Assembly: GCA_965220965.1 (NCBI GenBank)
Contig: CBDCRI010000001.1
Span: 224,001-288,000 of the forward strand
Source: Candidatus Marinacidobacterium sp.
Lineage (GTDB): Bacteria > Acidobacteriota > Vicinamibacteria > Marinacidobacterales > Marinacidobacteraceae
Direction: 5' to 3'
DNA length: 64,000 nt
Shown: positions 1 through 9,137 of the stretch, piece after piece
How positions within the stretch are numbered: the first letter of the stretch is position 1
Layout of the letters: each line of letters starts with the position of its first letter
Made by a program: the position numbers and the translations under genes
Notes under the pieces: generated by a model
Databases searched by the model: none
What the model was told of the DNA's origin: nothing
Seen by the model: the letters and a program-made list of their open reading frames with translations, nothing else

Positions 1-308
1 GCCATCATGGGCGGCCGCTATCTCGGCATCGTGGTCGTCCACACCCCGAGCGCCCCGGAGGACACGGACCTTCCCGGCAAGACCCTGGACGTGTTGAGGC
101 GGGAGCTTCGGTCCCCGCCGGATCCGGGCGCGCCGGGTCCATGACGGACGCCGGGCATTTGCGGGCGCTGCCGGCGGACGCCCGGCAGCGCTGCCAAGGC
201 GACGTGGGGGGGCGCTGCGCCCTCCGGCTTGAGAACTTTCCCGAATCGATCAATGCTTGAAGCCCGCCGTCCGGTTCGGGCGGGCTGAAAGCGCACAAGG
301 AGGCCAAG

Positions 309-2306
309 ATGCCCAACCATCGAGCAATGACCTTTCCCGCCCTGCTTGCCCTGGCCCTGCTTGCCGCAGGCTGCGGCGGCGGAGGGGGCAGCGGCGGCAC
401 CGCCCCCGTCGTCGGGGGCGGCGGCCCGACGTTCGACGTCTCCGTCAGCGTGGCCGAGGCGCCGGGCCGGGCCGCGGGCGGGCCCGCCGAGCCCCCGCAG
501 GCTGGCTTCGAGTTCACCGCCGCCTCGGACTCGGCCGGCGTGCCGAGGCTGGACTTCCAGGTCACGCCCGGCAGCCAGGGCGCGGCCTCCGGCGCGGTGC
601 TCGCCGCCCCCGCGTCCGGGCAGCTCACGGTCGGCGAGCCGGTGGCCGTCGAGCTGCGCGTCGAGGACTGCCTCAAGGGCACCGCGGAGCCGGTGACGAC
701 CGCCATCGGCGTCACCGTGGAGCACGCCGACCGGATCGAGACCGCCTGGACCTGGGAGTGCGACGAGGGCAACCCGCGCATCGTGCAGGTCGAGACCTAC
801 CAAGGCCCGCTGGTGTCGCGGCTGCTGGTCGAGAGCGGCGACACGGACGGCCGCGGCGGCGTGGCCGTGCACCCGCAGGCGGGCCGCTTCGCGGTCGTCT
901 CGGTGCACGTGGAGCACGACTCCGAGACCGTCCCGGAGGTCGCCGCCCGGCTGGCCGGGCGCGACGGCCAGGGCGACGGGCAGGGCCTTGACCCCATCGG
1001 CTCCGGGGCCGTCCGGCTGGAGACCCCGGACAGCTACGGGGAGTCCCCGTTCCGCTCGGAGCTGCTCTACCGGGTGCCCGCCGGGGACTACCGCGCGGGC
1101 CTTGACGTGCAGCTGGCCATCGACCCGGACGGGCGCCTCCGGGAGTCGGACGAGGGCGACAACGAGGTGGCGGTCCCGCTGCCCGACGAGGGCATCCACC
1201 GGACCCGCCCACTGGAGGTGGTGGTGGTGCCCGCGCACCGCGAGCCCGGACCCGGTGAGACCGCGCCGACGGGCGGGCTCATCCCTCCGGAGGGCGTGCC
1301 GGCGGATGCGCAAATACAGGCGGTGGTGAACGCGCACTGGCCCGCCCCGGCCGTGACCGTGCGCAACCACGAGAGCGCCCCGGATGAGCCGGAGCCCTTC
1401 GCGCTGCGCGGGGTCGACTACGGGGCCGGGCTGGGCGCCTGGGAGGACGCACTCGAGGAGCTCGTGATCTACCGTACGTCGCAGGCCACGGAGAGCCCGC
1501 ACGAGTTCTGGGTCGGCTACGTCGAGTGGCCCGAGGGATCGGAGCCGGCCAACGCGGCTTGCGGCCTCGGCTACAACCTCAGGGGCGACGGAGCGGTTTT
1601 GAGCCCGTATCGGGCAACCCTCATCAACGTGGGCTGCACCGACTTCGCTCTGGCCCACGAGCTGGGCCACAACCTCGGACTGAACCACGTCGACGCGGGC
1701 TGCGGCTCGACGCCGCCGCACCAGGAGTTTCCCCATGCGGACGGCGGCCTCGGTCCGAACCGGGTCTGGGACGCCCGCCGCAACGATGGCGCGGGCGGCT
1801 TCGTGCCCGGGGTGCCGGGAACCGACGCCGACGCCCCGAAGGACGTCATGAGCTACTGCGATGCTTTCTTCACCTCGGACCACAGCTACCGTGAGGCGCA
1901 GCGGCGGCGCATCAGCCTCGACGGGCTGCCGGAGGCGTCCGCCTACCGGAGCCTGGAGCCGCGGCCAGCGGCGTCCGGCGGGGGCGCGAGGTCCCTTCTG
2001 CTGGCCGGCCGGGTGGACGAGCGCGGGCGGTACAGCCTCACCCGCCACCGGCTGCTCGACAAGGCGCCGAAGCGCCCCGCCCCGGCCGGCGGGGGACGCC
2101 TCCGGCTGGTCGTCGAGGTGCCCGGACAGGGGCTGCGGCTCGAGCGTCCGCTGCTCCCCGCCTACCCCGCGCACGACCTCGACGGCGTGCACGACGGCAT
2201 CTGGGTGGACCGGGTGCCGGCCCCCGCCGGACGGGCGCCCACCTTGGTGACCATCGTGGACCCGGAGGGGCGCGCCCTGCTGCGGGAATGGCTGTTCGCG
2301 GAGTGA
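309..2306 (+). CDS. Lipoprotein zinc metallopeptidase (metzincin; M66/reprolysin-like) with CARDB-like domain
   Basis: Lipobox LAAGC after a hydrophobic signal; HELGHNLGLNH (HExxHxxGxxH); Met-turn DVMSY; CARDB-like IDPDGRLRESDEGDN. Confidence 0.8.
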   Translation: MPNHRAMTFPALLALALLAAGCGGGGGSGGTAPVVGGGGPTFDVSVSVAEAPGRAAGGPAEPPQAGFEFTAASDSAGVPRLDFQVTPGSQGAASGAVLAAPASGQLTVGEPVAVELRVEDCLKGTAEPVTTAIGVTVEHADRIETAWTWECDEGNPRIVQVETYQGPLVSRLLVESGDTDGRGGVAVHPQAGRFAVVSVHVEHDSETVPEVAARLAGRDGQGDGQGLDPIGSGAVRLETPDSYGESPFRSELLYRVPAGDYRAGLDVQLAIDPDGRLRESDEGDNEVAVPLPDEGIHRTRPLEVVVVPAHREPGPGETAPTGGLIPPEGVPADAQIQAVVNAHWPAPAVTVRNHESAPDEPEPFALRGVDYGAGLGAWEDALEELVIYRTSQATESPHEFWVGYVEWPEGSEPANAACGLGYNLRGDGAVLSPYRATLINVGCTDFALAHELGHNLGLNHVDAGCGSTPPHQEFPHADGGLGPNRVWDARRNDGAGGFVPGVPGTDADAPKDVMSYCDAFFTSDHSYREAQRRRISLDGLPEASAYRSLEPRPAASGGGARSLLLAGRVDERGRYSLTRHRLLDKAPKRPAPAGGGRLRLVVEVPGQGLRLERPLLPAYPAHDLDGVHDGIWVDRVPAPAGRAPTLVTIVDPEGRALLREWLFAE

Positions 2307-2423
2307 CCGGCGCTGCGTCGGAGCGGCGCCCGTCCCGCGGGAGCGCCCGCAGCGGGCCACGGTGGGGGTTCAAGCCCTGCCCGAACGCTACAATCCCTGC
2401 GAGGACCGCAAGAGGAGCGCGGC

Positions 2424-2921
2424 TTGGCCACCAGATGCCTGATCGGGATGGAGCAGCCGCGAGGCAGTGTCCTTTACGCCTACTGCCATTGTGACGGCTA
2501 TCCAGACAGCCTGGGCGTCGGGCGTGACCTGCTGAACGGCCTGCGGAGCCCGGAGGCGGTCGCGGCGATTGTCGCAGGCGGCAACATGATCGCGGTCGTC
2601 GACGGACTCCCCAAGCGGTTCGAGCCCTTCTCGCCGCCGGTCACGGTCGATGACGCGGACGCCTTCGTCGCGGAAATGGAGGGCCTCAACGCCGAGTACC
2701 TGTACCTCTTCACCCGGCAGGGCGACTGGCTGTGCTACGGCCACTGGCGGGGCGAGGGCGACGCATGGCGCGACCTCAGGGAGTACCGGGAGCGCATCGA
2801 GGCTGACGCGCGCTCGCCCTCCAGGCCGGGCGGGCCGGCCGGCGGCGGTCCGGGCCGCGCCGGGCCGAGTGCGGGCCAGCGGGGAACGGGCCGGCAAGGG
2901 CACGGGGCGCAGCGCCAATGA
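2424..2921 (+). CDS. Conserved phage/plasmid hypothetical protein (YCHxDGYP motif)
   Basis: TTG start with AGAGGAG RBS and TACAAT -10 upstream; MATRCLIG...YAYCHCDGYP...AEYLYLF pattern. Confidence 0.7.
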   Translation: MATRCLIGMEQPRGSVLYAYCHCDGYPDSLGVGRDLLNGLRSPEAVAAIVAGGNMIAVVDGLPKRFEPFSPPVTVDDADAFVAEMEGLNAEYLYLFTRQGDWLCYGHWRGEGDAWRDLREYRERIEADARSPSRPGGPAGGGPGRAGPSAGQRGTGRQGHGAQRQ

Positions 2922-3388
2922 CAGGGAACGGCAGGATCGACGGCATCCGCGTGCGCGTCACGCCGCGGCGCAGCTGGCGGCTGCAGCTCGTCAGGCTGTC
3001 GGGGGAGTGGCACGCCCTCGTGAAGGGCCGCAGCCAGGCTCCGGTCGAGGCCAAGGCCCGCACGGCCCAAGCCGCGCTGGAGCGCGCCTTGGGCGCCTGG
3101 GCCGACAGGCCCGAGGTGACGGCTGCCGCGCCAAGGTCGGCCGGAGCCTTGGCCTTCGAGTTGCCTGATGAGGACGGCGCCTGGCTCTGCCTGAGGCACC
3201 GGGGGATGGACGCCACGTGGTCCTGCGAGTTCGGCAGCGTGGCCCGCCGGCGAACCGTCACCGGGCACCGCTGCCCGGAGGACGCCATCGCCGCCGCGTC
3301 ACGGGCGTGGCCGGCGGCCATTGCGCCCCTGCGCCTCGGCGCCGGGCCGCCTCCCCCGCCAAGCCGGCCCGCGGCCGGCGGTCCCTGA
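2918..3388 (+). CDS. Hypothetical protein
   Basis: ATGA overlap with upstream stop. Confidence 0.55.
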   Translation: MTGNGRIDGIRVRVTPRRSWRLQLVRLSGEWHALVKGRSQAPVEAKARTAQAALERALGAWADRPEVTAAAPRSAGALAFELPDEDGAWLCLRHRGMDATWSCEFGSVARRRTVTGHRCPEDAIAAASRAWPAAIAPLRLGAGPPPPPSRPAAGGP

Positions 3389-3407
3389 CGTCCCCGGGCG
3401 CCGCCCA

Positions 3408-4445
3408 ATGCCGGTCTCCATAGTCGTCGGCGGCCAGTTCGGCTCGGAGGGCAAGGGCAAGGTCGCCCACTGGCTCGCGGCCCGGCAGCAGGCGTGCCAC
3501 GCCGTTCGCGTCGGCGGCCCCAACTCGGGCCACACCGCGCTCTCCGAGGGCCGGCTGCGCGCGTTCCGCCAGCTCCCAACCTGCATCCTGCATGAGCCCG
3601 TGGTCGGCGTCATCCCCGCGGGGGCCTACGTGGACGAGGCGCTCCTGCTGTCGGAGGCGGAGGCCGCCGGCATCGACGAGTCCCGGCTGCTGATCCATCC
3701 CGATGCGGTCCTGCTCGACGAGTCCATGCGCGAGGAGGAGCGCCGGGCCGGCCTCGTCGAAGGGGTCGCCTCGACCGGACAGGGCGTCGGCGCGGCGCTC
3801 AGGCGGCGCGTCATGCGCATGCGCTCCGTCAGGTTCGCCCGCGACTCCGAGTCCTTGCGGCCATTCCTGCGGCCGGACCTGGGCGCGCGCCTGGCCGAGG
3901 CGCTCGACCGCGGCGGCCGCATCGTCATCGAGGGCACGCAGGGGTTCGGGCTGTCGCTGCTGCACGGCGGCCACTACCCGTTCGCCACCAGCCGCGACAC
4001 CACCGCCGCGGGCATGCTCTCGGAGGCCGGCCTCAGCCCCCGCGACGTGGACTGCGTGTCGCTGGTGATCCGCGCCCTCCCCATCCGCGTGCAGGGCAAC
4101 TCCGGCCCCCTCCCCCGCGAGACCTCCTGGGCCGAGGTGCGGCGCCGCAGCGGGGCGGGCGTCGACCTGGCCGAGACGACCACCGCCACCGGCCGGCGGC
4201 GGCGGGTGGCGCGCTTCGACCCCCGCGTCGTGCGCCGCGCCATCGCCGTCAACCGCCCGAGCCAGCTGGTGCTCAACCACGTGGACCTCATCGACTGCGC
4301 GGCGCACGGCAAGTCCCGCCTCACCGCGCGCGCGGGCGCCGCGGTGGCGGACATCGAAAGCTCGCTCGGCGCGAGGGTCGACTACGCGGGCACCGGCCCG
4401 GGCAGCCTCATCAGCCGCCCTGCGGGCGGCTGGGCCTGCGGCTAG
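3408..4445 (+). CDS. Short adenylosuccinate synthetase-family protein, PurZ0-like
   Basis: GGQFGSEGKGK (Ser at the PurA catalytic Asp), GGPNSGHT, IEGTQGFGLS, YPFATSRDTT, PIRVQGNSGPL, TTATGRRRRV; about 345 aa. Confidence 0.85.
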   Translation: MPVSIVVGGQFGSEGKGKVAHWLAARQQACHAVRVGGPNSGHTALSEGRLRAFRQLPTCILHEPVVGVIPAGAYVDEALLLSEAEAAGIDESRLLIHPDAVLLDESMREEERRAGLVEGVASTGQGVGAALRRRVMRMRSVRFARDSESLRPFLRPDLGARLAEALDRGGRIVIEGTQGFGLSLLHGGHYPFATSRDTTAAGMLSEAGLSPRDVDCVSLVIRALPIRVQGNSGPLPRETSWAEVRRRSGAGVDLAETTTATGRRRRVARFDPRVVRRAIAVNRPSQLVLNHVDLIDCAAHGKSRLTARAGAAVADIESSLGARVDYAGTGPGSLISRPAGGWACG

Positions 4446-4533
4446 CCGGGAGCGGCGGGGAGCCGGGGCGCCCATCGCCCCGGATCGCGGTCCGGCCGGG
4501 CGGCCGGCTCCCGGGGAGCGCCAAGCGCCGGCA

Positions 4534-4971
4534 TCAGCCGCCGGCCCCGACCGGCGCCTCGAGCCAAGCCTTGAGCGCGGCCCACTGCCGCTCGTCGGCG
4601 AGCCTGCGGCGGACCAGCGCGTCGAAGAGGTCGGGAACGCACTGGCCGCGCAGGTGGCCGTCGAGCAGCCTGCGGCTGTCGCGGTCGTCGCCGAGGGCCG
4701 GGAGGTAGCCGGCCGCCGCGGCGCGGCGGGCGTCGTCGAGCCGCTCCGGCGCCTCCGCCAGCCAGCAGTCGAGGTCCTCGCAGGCCGCCAGGACGCGGTC
4801 CGCCTTGCGCCGGTAGGCGGCGAGGAAGGCGTTGGACGCCCGCGACACGCGCCGCCGCTCCGCCATGGGCAGCCCGCCCAGCGCGCCGTCGAGGGTCCGG
4901 TCGAGGGCGGCGAGCGCTATGAGCCTCGGATGGCGCAGGCGGTCCTGCAAGGGCGTGCTGGTCGGGGTCAA
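4534..4971 (-). CDS. Hypothetical protein
   Basis: Helical-looking ORF with TGGCATAAT extended -10 upstream (~5000-5008). Confidence 0.55.
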   Translation of the reverse strand: MTPTSTPLQDRLRHPRLIALAALDRTLDGALGGLPMAERRRVSRASNAFLAAYRRKADRVLAACEDLDCWLAEAPERLDDARRAAAAGYLPALGDDRDSRRLLDGHLRGQCVPDLFDALVRRRLADERQWAALKAWLEAPVGAGG

Positions 4972-5028
4972 ACGTCGGCCTCGATGGCGGTCCCGGGCAT
5001 TATGCCACGCCCGCCGCGCCCTTGCGCC

Positions 5029-5985
5029 TCACGGGCCCGGCGCGGCCGCCCCCCGGCCCGGCGAGGCCTTGGGCGAGGGATCCCACATGTGCCTGGCGGC
5101 GCCCATCCACTCCGCAACCGCGCACGCCTCGAAGGCGGCCGCCATGCTGGGCAGCCCCCGCCCGATCGCCTGCCGGCCGCCGACGTCCCGCTCCAGCCAG
5201 GCGTGCCAGCCGCCGTCGGCCTGGCCCACGCGGTAGAGGCCGTGCGCCCACAGACCGTCGCCGGCCGCCGCCCAGTGCCAGGCCCGGAGGGCGGCCGCCG
5301 GGTCGCCACGGTAGGTCCAGCGCAGGCCGCTCTCCATTGCCTGCGCCCGCCAGGCCGCGCCGAGCCGTCCGGCGCGGACCAGGTTCTCGAAGTGGGACGA
5401 GCGCAGCGTCCGCCGCAGCCGCAGGCTGCCGGCCTTGCCCGGCCAGCCGCGCTCGCTGAAGTAGCCGGCCGGCCCCTTGAGGGCGGCCAGCCCGACCGCG
5501 GCGTGCCACTGCGCCCGCGCCAGCGCCTTGGCCGCCTGGGGCCGGAAGGCGTGCTCGGAACCGTAGTGGGCGTCCATGCGGGCGGCGACCTCGTCGAGGC
5601 CCAGCGCGGAGAGCGCGCGCGGCCGGCCGGCCGCGCCGTGCCCCATCAGGTCCATGGCCGCGTCCATCAGGCGGCACAGCATGGCGGCCGACTCCTCCAG
5701 CCGCCGGAAGTCGTAGAGCGGGCGCTCGCCGGGGCGCTCGATGACGTGGCGGGACGCGTCCACGGCGCCCGCCATGTGCGGGGTGCCGGCGGGGTCGTCG
5801 CGGCGGCGGGGCGCGGCCCCGGAGCGAATCCCGGCCAGCGCCAGCGTTCGCGGGTCGAGCCGCCACTCGCCGCCGGCCAGGCCCTGGGCGAACCGGTCCG
5901 CCAGCCCGCGGCTGCGGGCGCCGCAGGCGGCGGCCTCGGCCCCGGCGAGGGCCGCGGCGGCCCGTTCGGCCTCGCGGGGACTCAC
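5029..5985 (-). CDS. Hypothetical protein, paralog of 6758-7753
   Basis: Shared blocks e.g. YDFRxLEESAAMLxRLMDAAM, ALARxQWxAxVxLAxxKGPAxYF, WAHGxYRV; GGGAGG RBS. Confidence 0.75.
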   Translation of the reverse strand: MSPREAERAAAALAGAEAAACGARSRGLADRFAQGLAGGEWRLDPRTLALAGIRSGAAPRRRDDPAGTPHMAGAVDASRHVIERPGERPLYDFRRLEESAAMLCRLMDAAMDLMGHGAAGRPRALSALGLDEVAARMDAHYGSEHAFRPQAAKALARAQWHAAVGLAALKGPAGYFSERGWPGKAGSLRLRRTLRSSHFENLVRAGRLGAAWRAQAMESGLRWTYRGDPAAALRAWHWAAAGDGLWAHGLYRVGQADGGWHAWLERDVGGRQAIGRGLPSMAAAFEACAVAEWMGAARHMWDPSPKASPGRGAAAPGP

Positions 5986-6053
5986 GGACGGCCTCCCGCC
6001 GCCGCCCTGCCGTTGCGTCCCATTTCGGCGCCGCTGGCCGCTGCGTGCGAAGG

Positions 6054-6623
6054 CTAGGGGCCTGGCGGGGCGGACGGGGCGGCGCGCCCGCTCGCCGCCG
6101 CGCCGGCATCGGCCCCGGGGCCAGGCCGCAACTGGCGCTCCGCGCGGCAGCCCCCTTGCTTGAAATGGGCATCGTCCGGCTGGTGGATGTCCTCATCCGA
6201 GCTGGTGACGACGGCGGCCGCGCCCCCGGCGGTGTCGAGCACCACGACGACATCCCCCCAGGGCTGCTTGATGGCCTCGTGGAACGCGGCCAGGGCGTCG
6301 TCCTTGTCCCTGTGGGCGGACAGGAAGTCCCCGACCGTGGCCAGGTCGAAGTCCAGCGCGTAGAGGATGGTCTGGCTGATGACGCGGACCTGGTAGCGGT
6401 GGTAGCGGTCCGGAACGCCTTTCCAGAGCGTCCTGCCGTTGAAGCGGTCGAGAACGAGGATGGTGCAGTCGGGATGGGCGCGGACGCGGCGCTCGGCCTC
6501 CTCCAGGGCGGCGCGCCTGTCGTTGGTGAGGGACGGGGGGTCGAACAGGTCGATCCCGCCCTCGTCGACGGTGCGGATGGCGTATCGGGGCGCCAGTTTC
6601 TGGCGCGGGGCGTTGGCGTTCAT
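6054..6623 (-). CDS. Hypothetical protein with two internal similar modules
   Basis: ATG at 6623 with GAGGAGA RBS; RY-x-[IV]-R...AL...[IV][LV]VLD pattern occurs twice. Confidence 0.65.
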   Translation of the reverse strand: MNANAPRQKLAPRYAIRTVDEGGIDLFDPPSLTNDRRAALEEAERRVRAHPDCTILVLDRFNGRTLWKGVPDRYHRYQVRVISQTILYALDFDLATVGDFLSAHRDKDDALAAFHEAIKQPWGDVVVVLDTAGGAAAVVTSSDEDIHQPDDAHFKQGGCRAERQLRPGPGADAGAAASGRAAPSAPPGP

Positions 6624-6757
6624 GCTTTCTCCTCGGTTGAACTGGGCTTGCGCGGCGCTTCGCCGCACTCCCCCTCCCTGCCGCGCAGCGTCGCGGCCGC
6701 CCTGGCGGCGGCGCGGGCCAGCGGCCCGCGCCCCGATGGCCCCGCCGGCACCGGCCG

Positions 6758-7753
6758 CTAGGGGCTTGGGGAGGCGGACCGAACCGGGCGCCCGGCCGCC
6801 GCAGGCGAGGCGGGCGCGGGGGCGCGGTCGACGCTGAAGTGGTGCTCCAGCCGGCAGCCCCAAGCGTGCTCCGCGCACGCCGCGTAGGCCTCGCCGCGGC
6901 TGTCGTTGGCAAGGCCGACCGACCAGCGGTAGTCGGAGAGGTCGGACTTGCGCGAGGCGTGCCACCGCCCGTCCTCCAGCCAGACGCGGTAGGCGCCGTG
7001 CGCCCAGGCCGCCTCGCCGACCCGGGACCACTCCCAGTACCAGGGGGCGGGCGCCGGGTCGCCGAAGTGCGTCCAGCGCAGCCCGTGGGCGGCGGCGCGC
7101 CGCCGCCAGCGCTCGTCGAGCTCTCCGAACTTGATGGCGGTGGCGATGCGCTTCGAGTGCAGGGTGCGCATGAGGGCGTTGCGGTCGCGCGCGAAGTAGG
7201 GGGCGGGTCCCTTGGCGCGGGCCAGCGCCACCGACGCGTTCCATTGCCCGCGCGCCAAGGCCCGCAGGATTCCGAAGTCGAGCCGGTTCGTCCGTTCCAG
7301 CGGCAGGCCCGACTCGAGGGGGAGGCTGTCGATCTGGCGCAGCTCGCGGCGGCAGCCCGCAGCGGCCGCGCCCACCATGGCCATGGCCGCGTCCATCAGC
7401 CGGCTCAGCATGGCGGCGGACTCCTCCAGGCCGCGGAAGTCGTAGCGCTCGCTCGCCGCGAAGCCGGGGACGGCGTGGCGGCCGAGGTCCACCCGGCCCA
7501 CCATCGGGTCGGCCCCCTCCGGCTCGCGTCCGGTGCGCGCCGGCACGAGGCCCTGCCCGAGCCCGACCGCGGCCCGGGTCGCCACGTCAAGCCCCCATTC
7601 GCCGCTCAGCAGGCCTTCTGCGAAGCGGCCGGCAAGCCGCCTGCGCCCAAAGGGGCCGTTCAGGCCGTCGGCCTCGGCGAGCGCCAGCGCTGCGCTCCGC
7701 ACGACGCGCTCCTCCGGCATTTCGGCCCTCATTGTCTCCGCGTTCGCTCCCAT
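6758..7753 (-). CDS. Hypothetical protein, paralog of 5029-5985
   Basis: AAGGAG RBS; shared blocks with 5029-5985; ends SPSP. Confidence 0.75.
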   Translation of the reverse strand: MGANAETMRAEMPEERVVRSAALALAEADGLNGPFGRRRLAGRFAEGLLSGEWGLDVATRAAVGLGQGLVPARTGREPEGADPMVGRVDLGRHAVPGFAASERYDFRGLEESAAMLSRLMDAAMAMVGAAAAGCRRELRQIDSLPLESGLPLERTNRLDFGILRALARGQWNASVALARAKGPAPYFARDRNALMRTLHSKRIATAIKFGELDERWRRRAAAHGLRWTHFGDPAPAPWYWEWSRVGEAAWAHGAYRVWLEDGRWHASRKSDLSDYRWSVGLANDSRGEAYAACAEHAWGCRLEHHFSVDRAPAPASPAAAGRPVRSASPSP

Positions 7754-7886
7754 GCCTGCTCCTTGACCGCTTCGGGGGTGTGCACGCCATTAAAGCGGCC
7801 CGCGCCCGAATGGCCCCCGGGCGCGCGGCCCAAGGCCGCCGCGAATCCTAGAATGGGCTTGGCAAACCGACGGCGGGGAGGCCGTG

Positions 7887-8318
7887 ATGCCCGACTTCGT
7901 GGAGCCCAACAGCCGGCAGGTGGGCGGCCGTCACTACAAGACGGTCGACTACGAGCCTTGGGACTTCGTCGCCGACTGCGGCCTGGACTACTTCGCCGGC
8001 ACCGCCGTGAAGTACCTGGTCCGGCGCAAGGGCGACCGCGCCGAGGACCTGGAGAAGGCCGTGCACTTCCTGGAGAAGCGCGCCGCGGTGGCCGCCGCGC
8101 GGCCCGGGCGCTGGGGCCGGCCTCCCGAGCGGGACGGCGAGCCCGCCAGCGGGCGCCTCGGCCGCCTGTGCCGCGCCCACGGCGCCAGCGGGGCGGTGCG
8201 CAAGGCGCTGGAGCGCCTGCTCGCGGGCCAGTGGCTCGCCGCCGCCGCCGCCGCACGGGAGGAGATCGCGGCGCTCCCCGGCTCCCAGGCTGCGCCCGGC
8301 CGCGGACCGCGGCCCTAG
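7887..8318 (+). CDS. DUF3310 (SaV-like, putative nucleotide kinase) protein
   Basis: QVGGRHYK...EPWDF...YFAGTAVKYLVR.KG...EDLEKAVHFLE; TAGAAT at 7849-7854; GGAGG RBS. Confidence 0.85.
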   Translation: MPDFVEPNSRQVGGRHYKTVDYEPWDFVADCGLDYFAGTAVKYLVRRKGDRAEDLEKAVHFLEKRAAVAAARPGRWGRPPERDGEPASGRLGRLCRAHGASGAVRKALERLLAGQWLAAAAAAREEIAALPGSQAAPGRGPRP

Positions 8319-8345
8319 GACGAACCAAGACGAGGAGACGCTTCC

Positions 8346-8996
8346 ATGGCCCTATCCCTTGCACTGCACACGCCGCATCCCCTGCGCGACGAGGCCGCCT
8401 TGGAGCTGCTGCTCGGCGGCACGGTCAGCTGGAAGGCCGCGGCGGCGGCCACGAAGGCCGTCCCGCCGGCGGTGGTGTTCCCCGACTTCTCCGACCTGGC
8501 CTACACGGGCGAACGGCTCCAGGGGGCCAAGCTCGCCGTGGCCGTGGCCCGGCGCGTGGCCAAGCGGCCCCCGCCAGGGGAGCGGCCGTGGAGCCAGGTG
8601 TCGGCGGAGATGCCGTTCGTGGACATCCGGGTGTACATGATCCCGCTGCGCGGGACGCCGGCCCCAAGCGTGGGGGTGGACATCGACGACTCCTCGGGCC
8701 TGATGGAGCACGTCAGCGCGTACCTCGCGGAGGTCTGCGCCGGCCTGCTCCTGGAGACGGGCAGCCGGGAGGCGGTGGCCTTCGACTGGCAGTCCGAGGA
8801 CGACCAAGGCCAAGCGTTCGCCAGCGCCGAGGGCGTCGTCCACTCCCAGCCCCCCGCCTGGCGCCGAGAGGCGCTGCGCCTCCACCAAGCGGGAGGCATC
8901 GAGGCCGTTCGCGCCTTCGCGAACGCCGCTGGCGCGCCCCCGCTCCGGCCCGTGGGCGCCGCGGGGCCGGAACGCTCGCTGGGGCCGTCCCCTTAG
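8346..8996 (+). CDS. Hypothetical protein (C-terminal region similar to 10496-11155 and 60429-61040)
   Basis: GAGGAG RBS; helix followed by [AG]F[DT]W strand pattern; ends GPSP. Confidence 0.65.
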   Translation: MALSLALHTPHPLRDEAALELLLGGTVSWKAAAAATKAVPPAVVFPDFSDLAYTGERLQGAKLAVAVARRVAKRPPPGERPWSQVSAEMPFVDIRVYMIPLRGTPAPSVGVDIDDSSGLMEHVSAYLAEVCAGLLLETGSREAVAFDWQSEDDQGQAFASAEGVVHSQPPAWRREALRLHQAGGIEAVRAFANAAGAPPLRPVGAAGPERSLGPSP

Positions 8997-9137
8997 CCCG
9001 TGGTCAGGCTCCCGCACAGGCCCGTTGAGGCTCCCTCCCCCAGCCCGACTTAAGGGCCGCCCCGCCGGCCGCGCCGCCTTCGGCGTGCCATAATGCGACC
9101 ATGTCCTCCCGCTTCGGCAAGGCGCCGCGGCCCGCCA

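Noticed and set aside
18-2360. Long antisense and alternate-frame ORFs (also 6839-9028, 18316-20727, 21711-24407, 22512-25568, 44547-46991)
   Set aside because: Shadow ORFs expected at this GC; they are Arg/Gly/Pro-rich and overlap genes with recognisable motifs.
3408-4445. Calling the gene purA
   Set aside because: The catalytic Asp is replaced by Ser and the GTP loop is altered, so the symbol was left blank.
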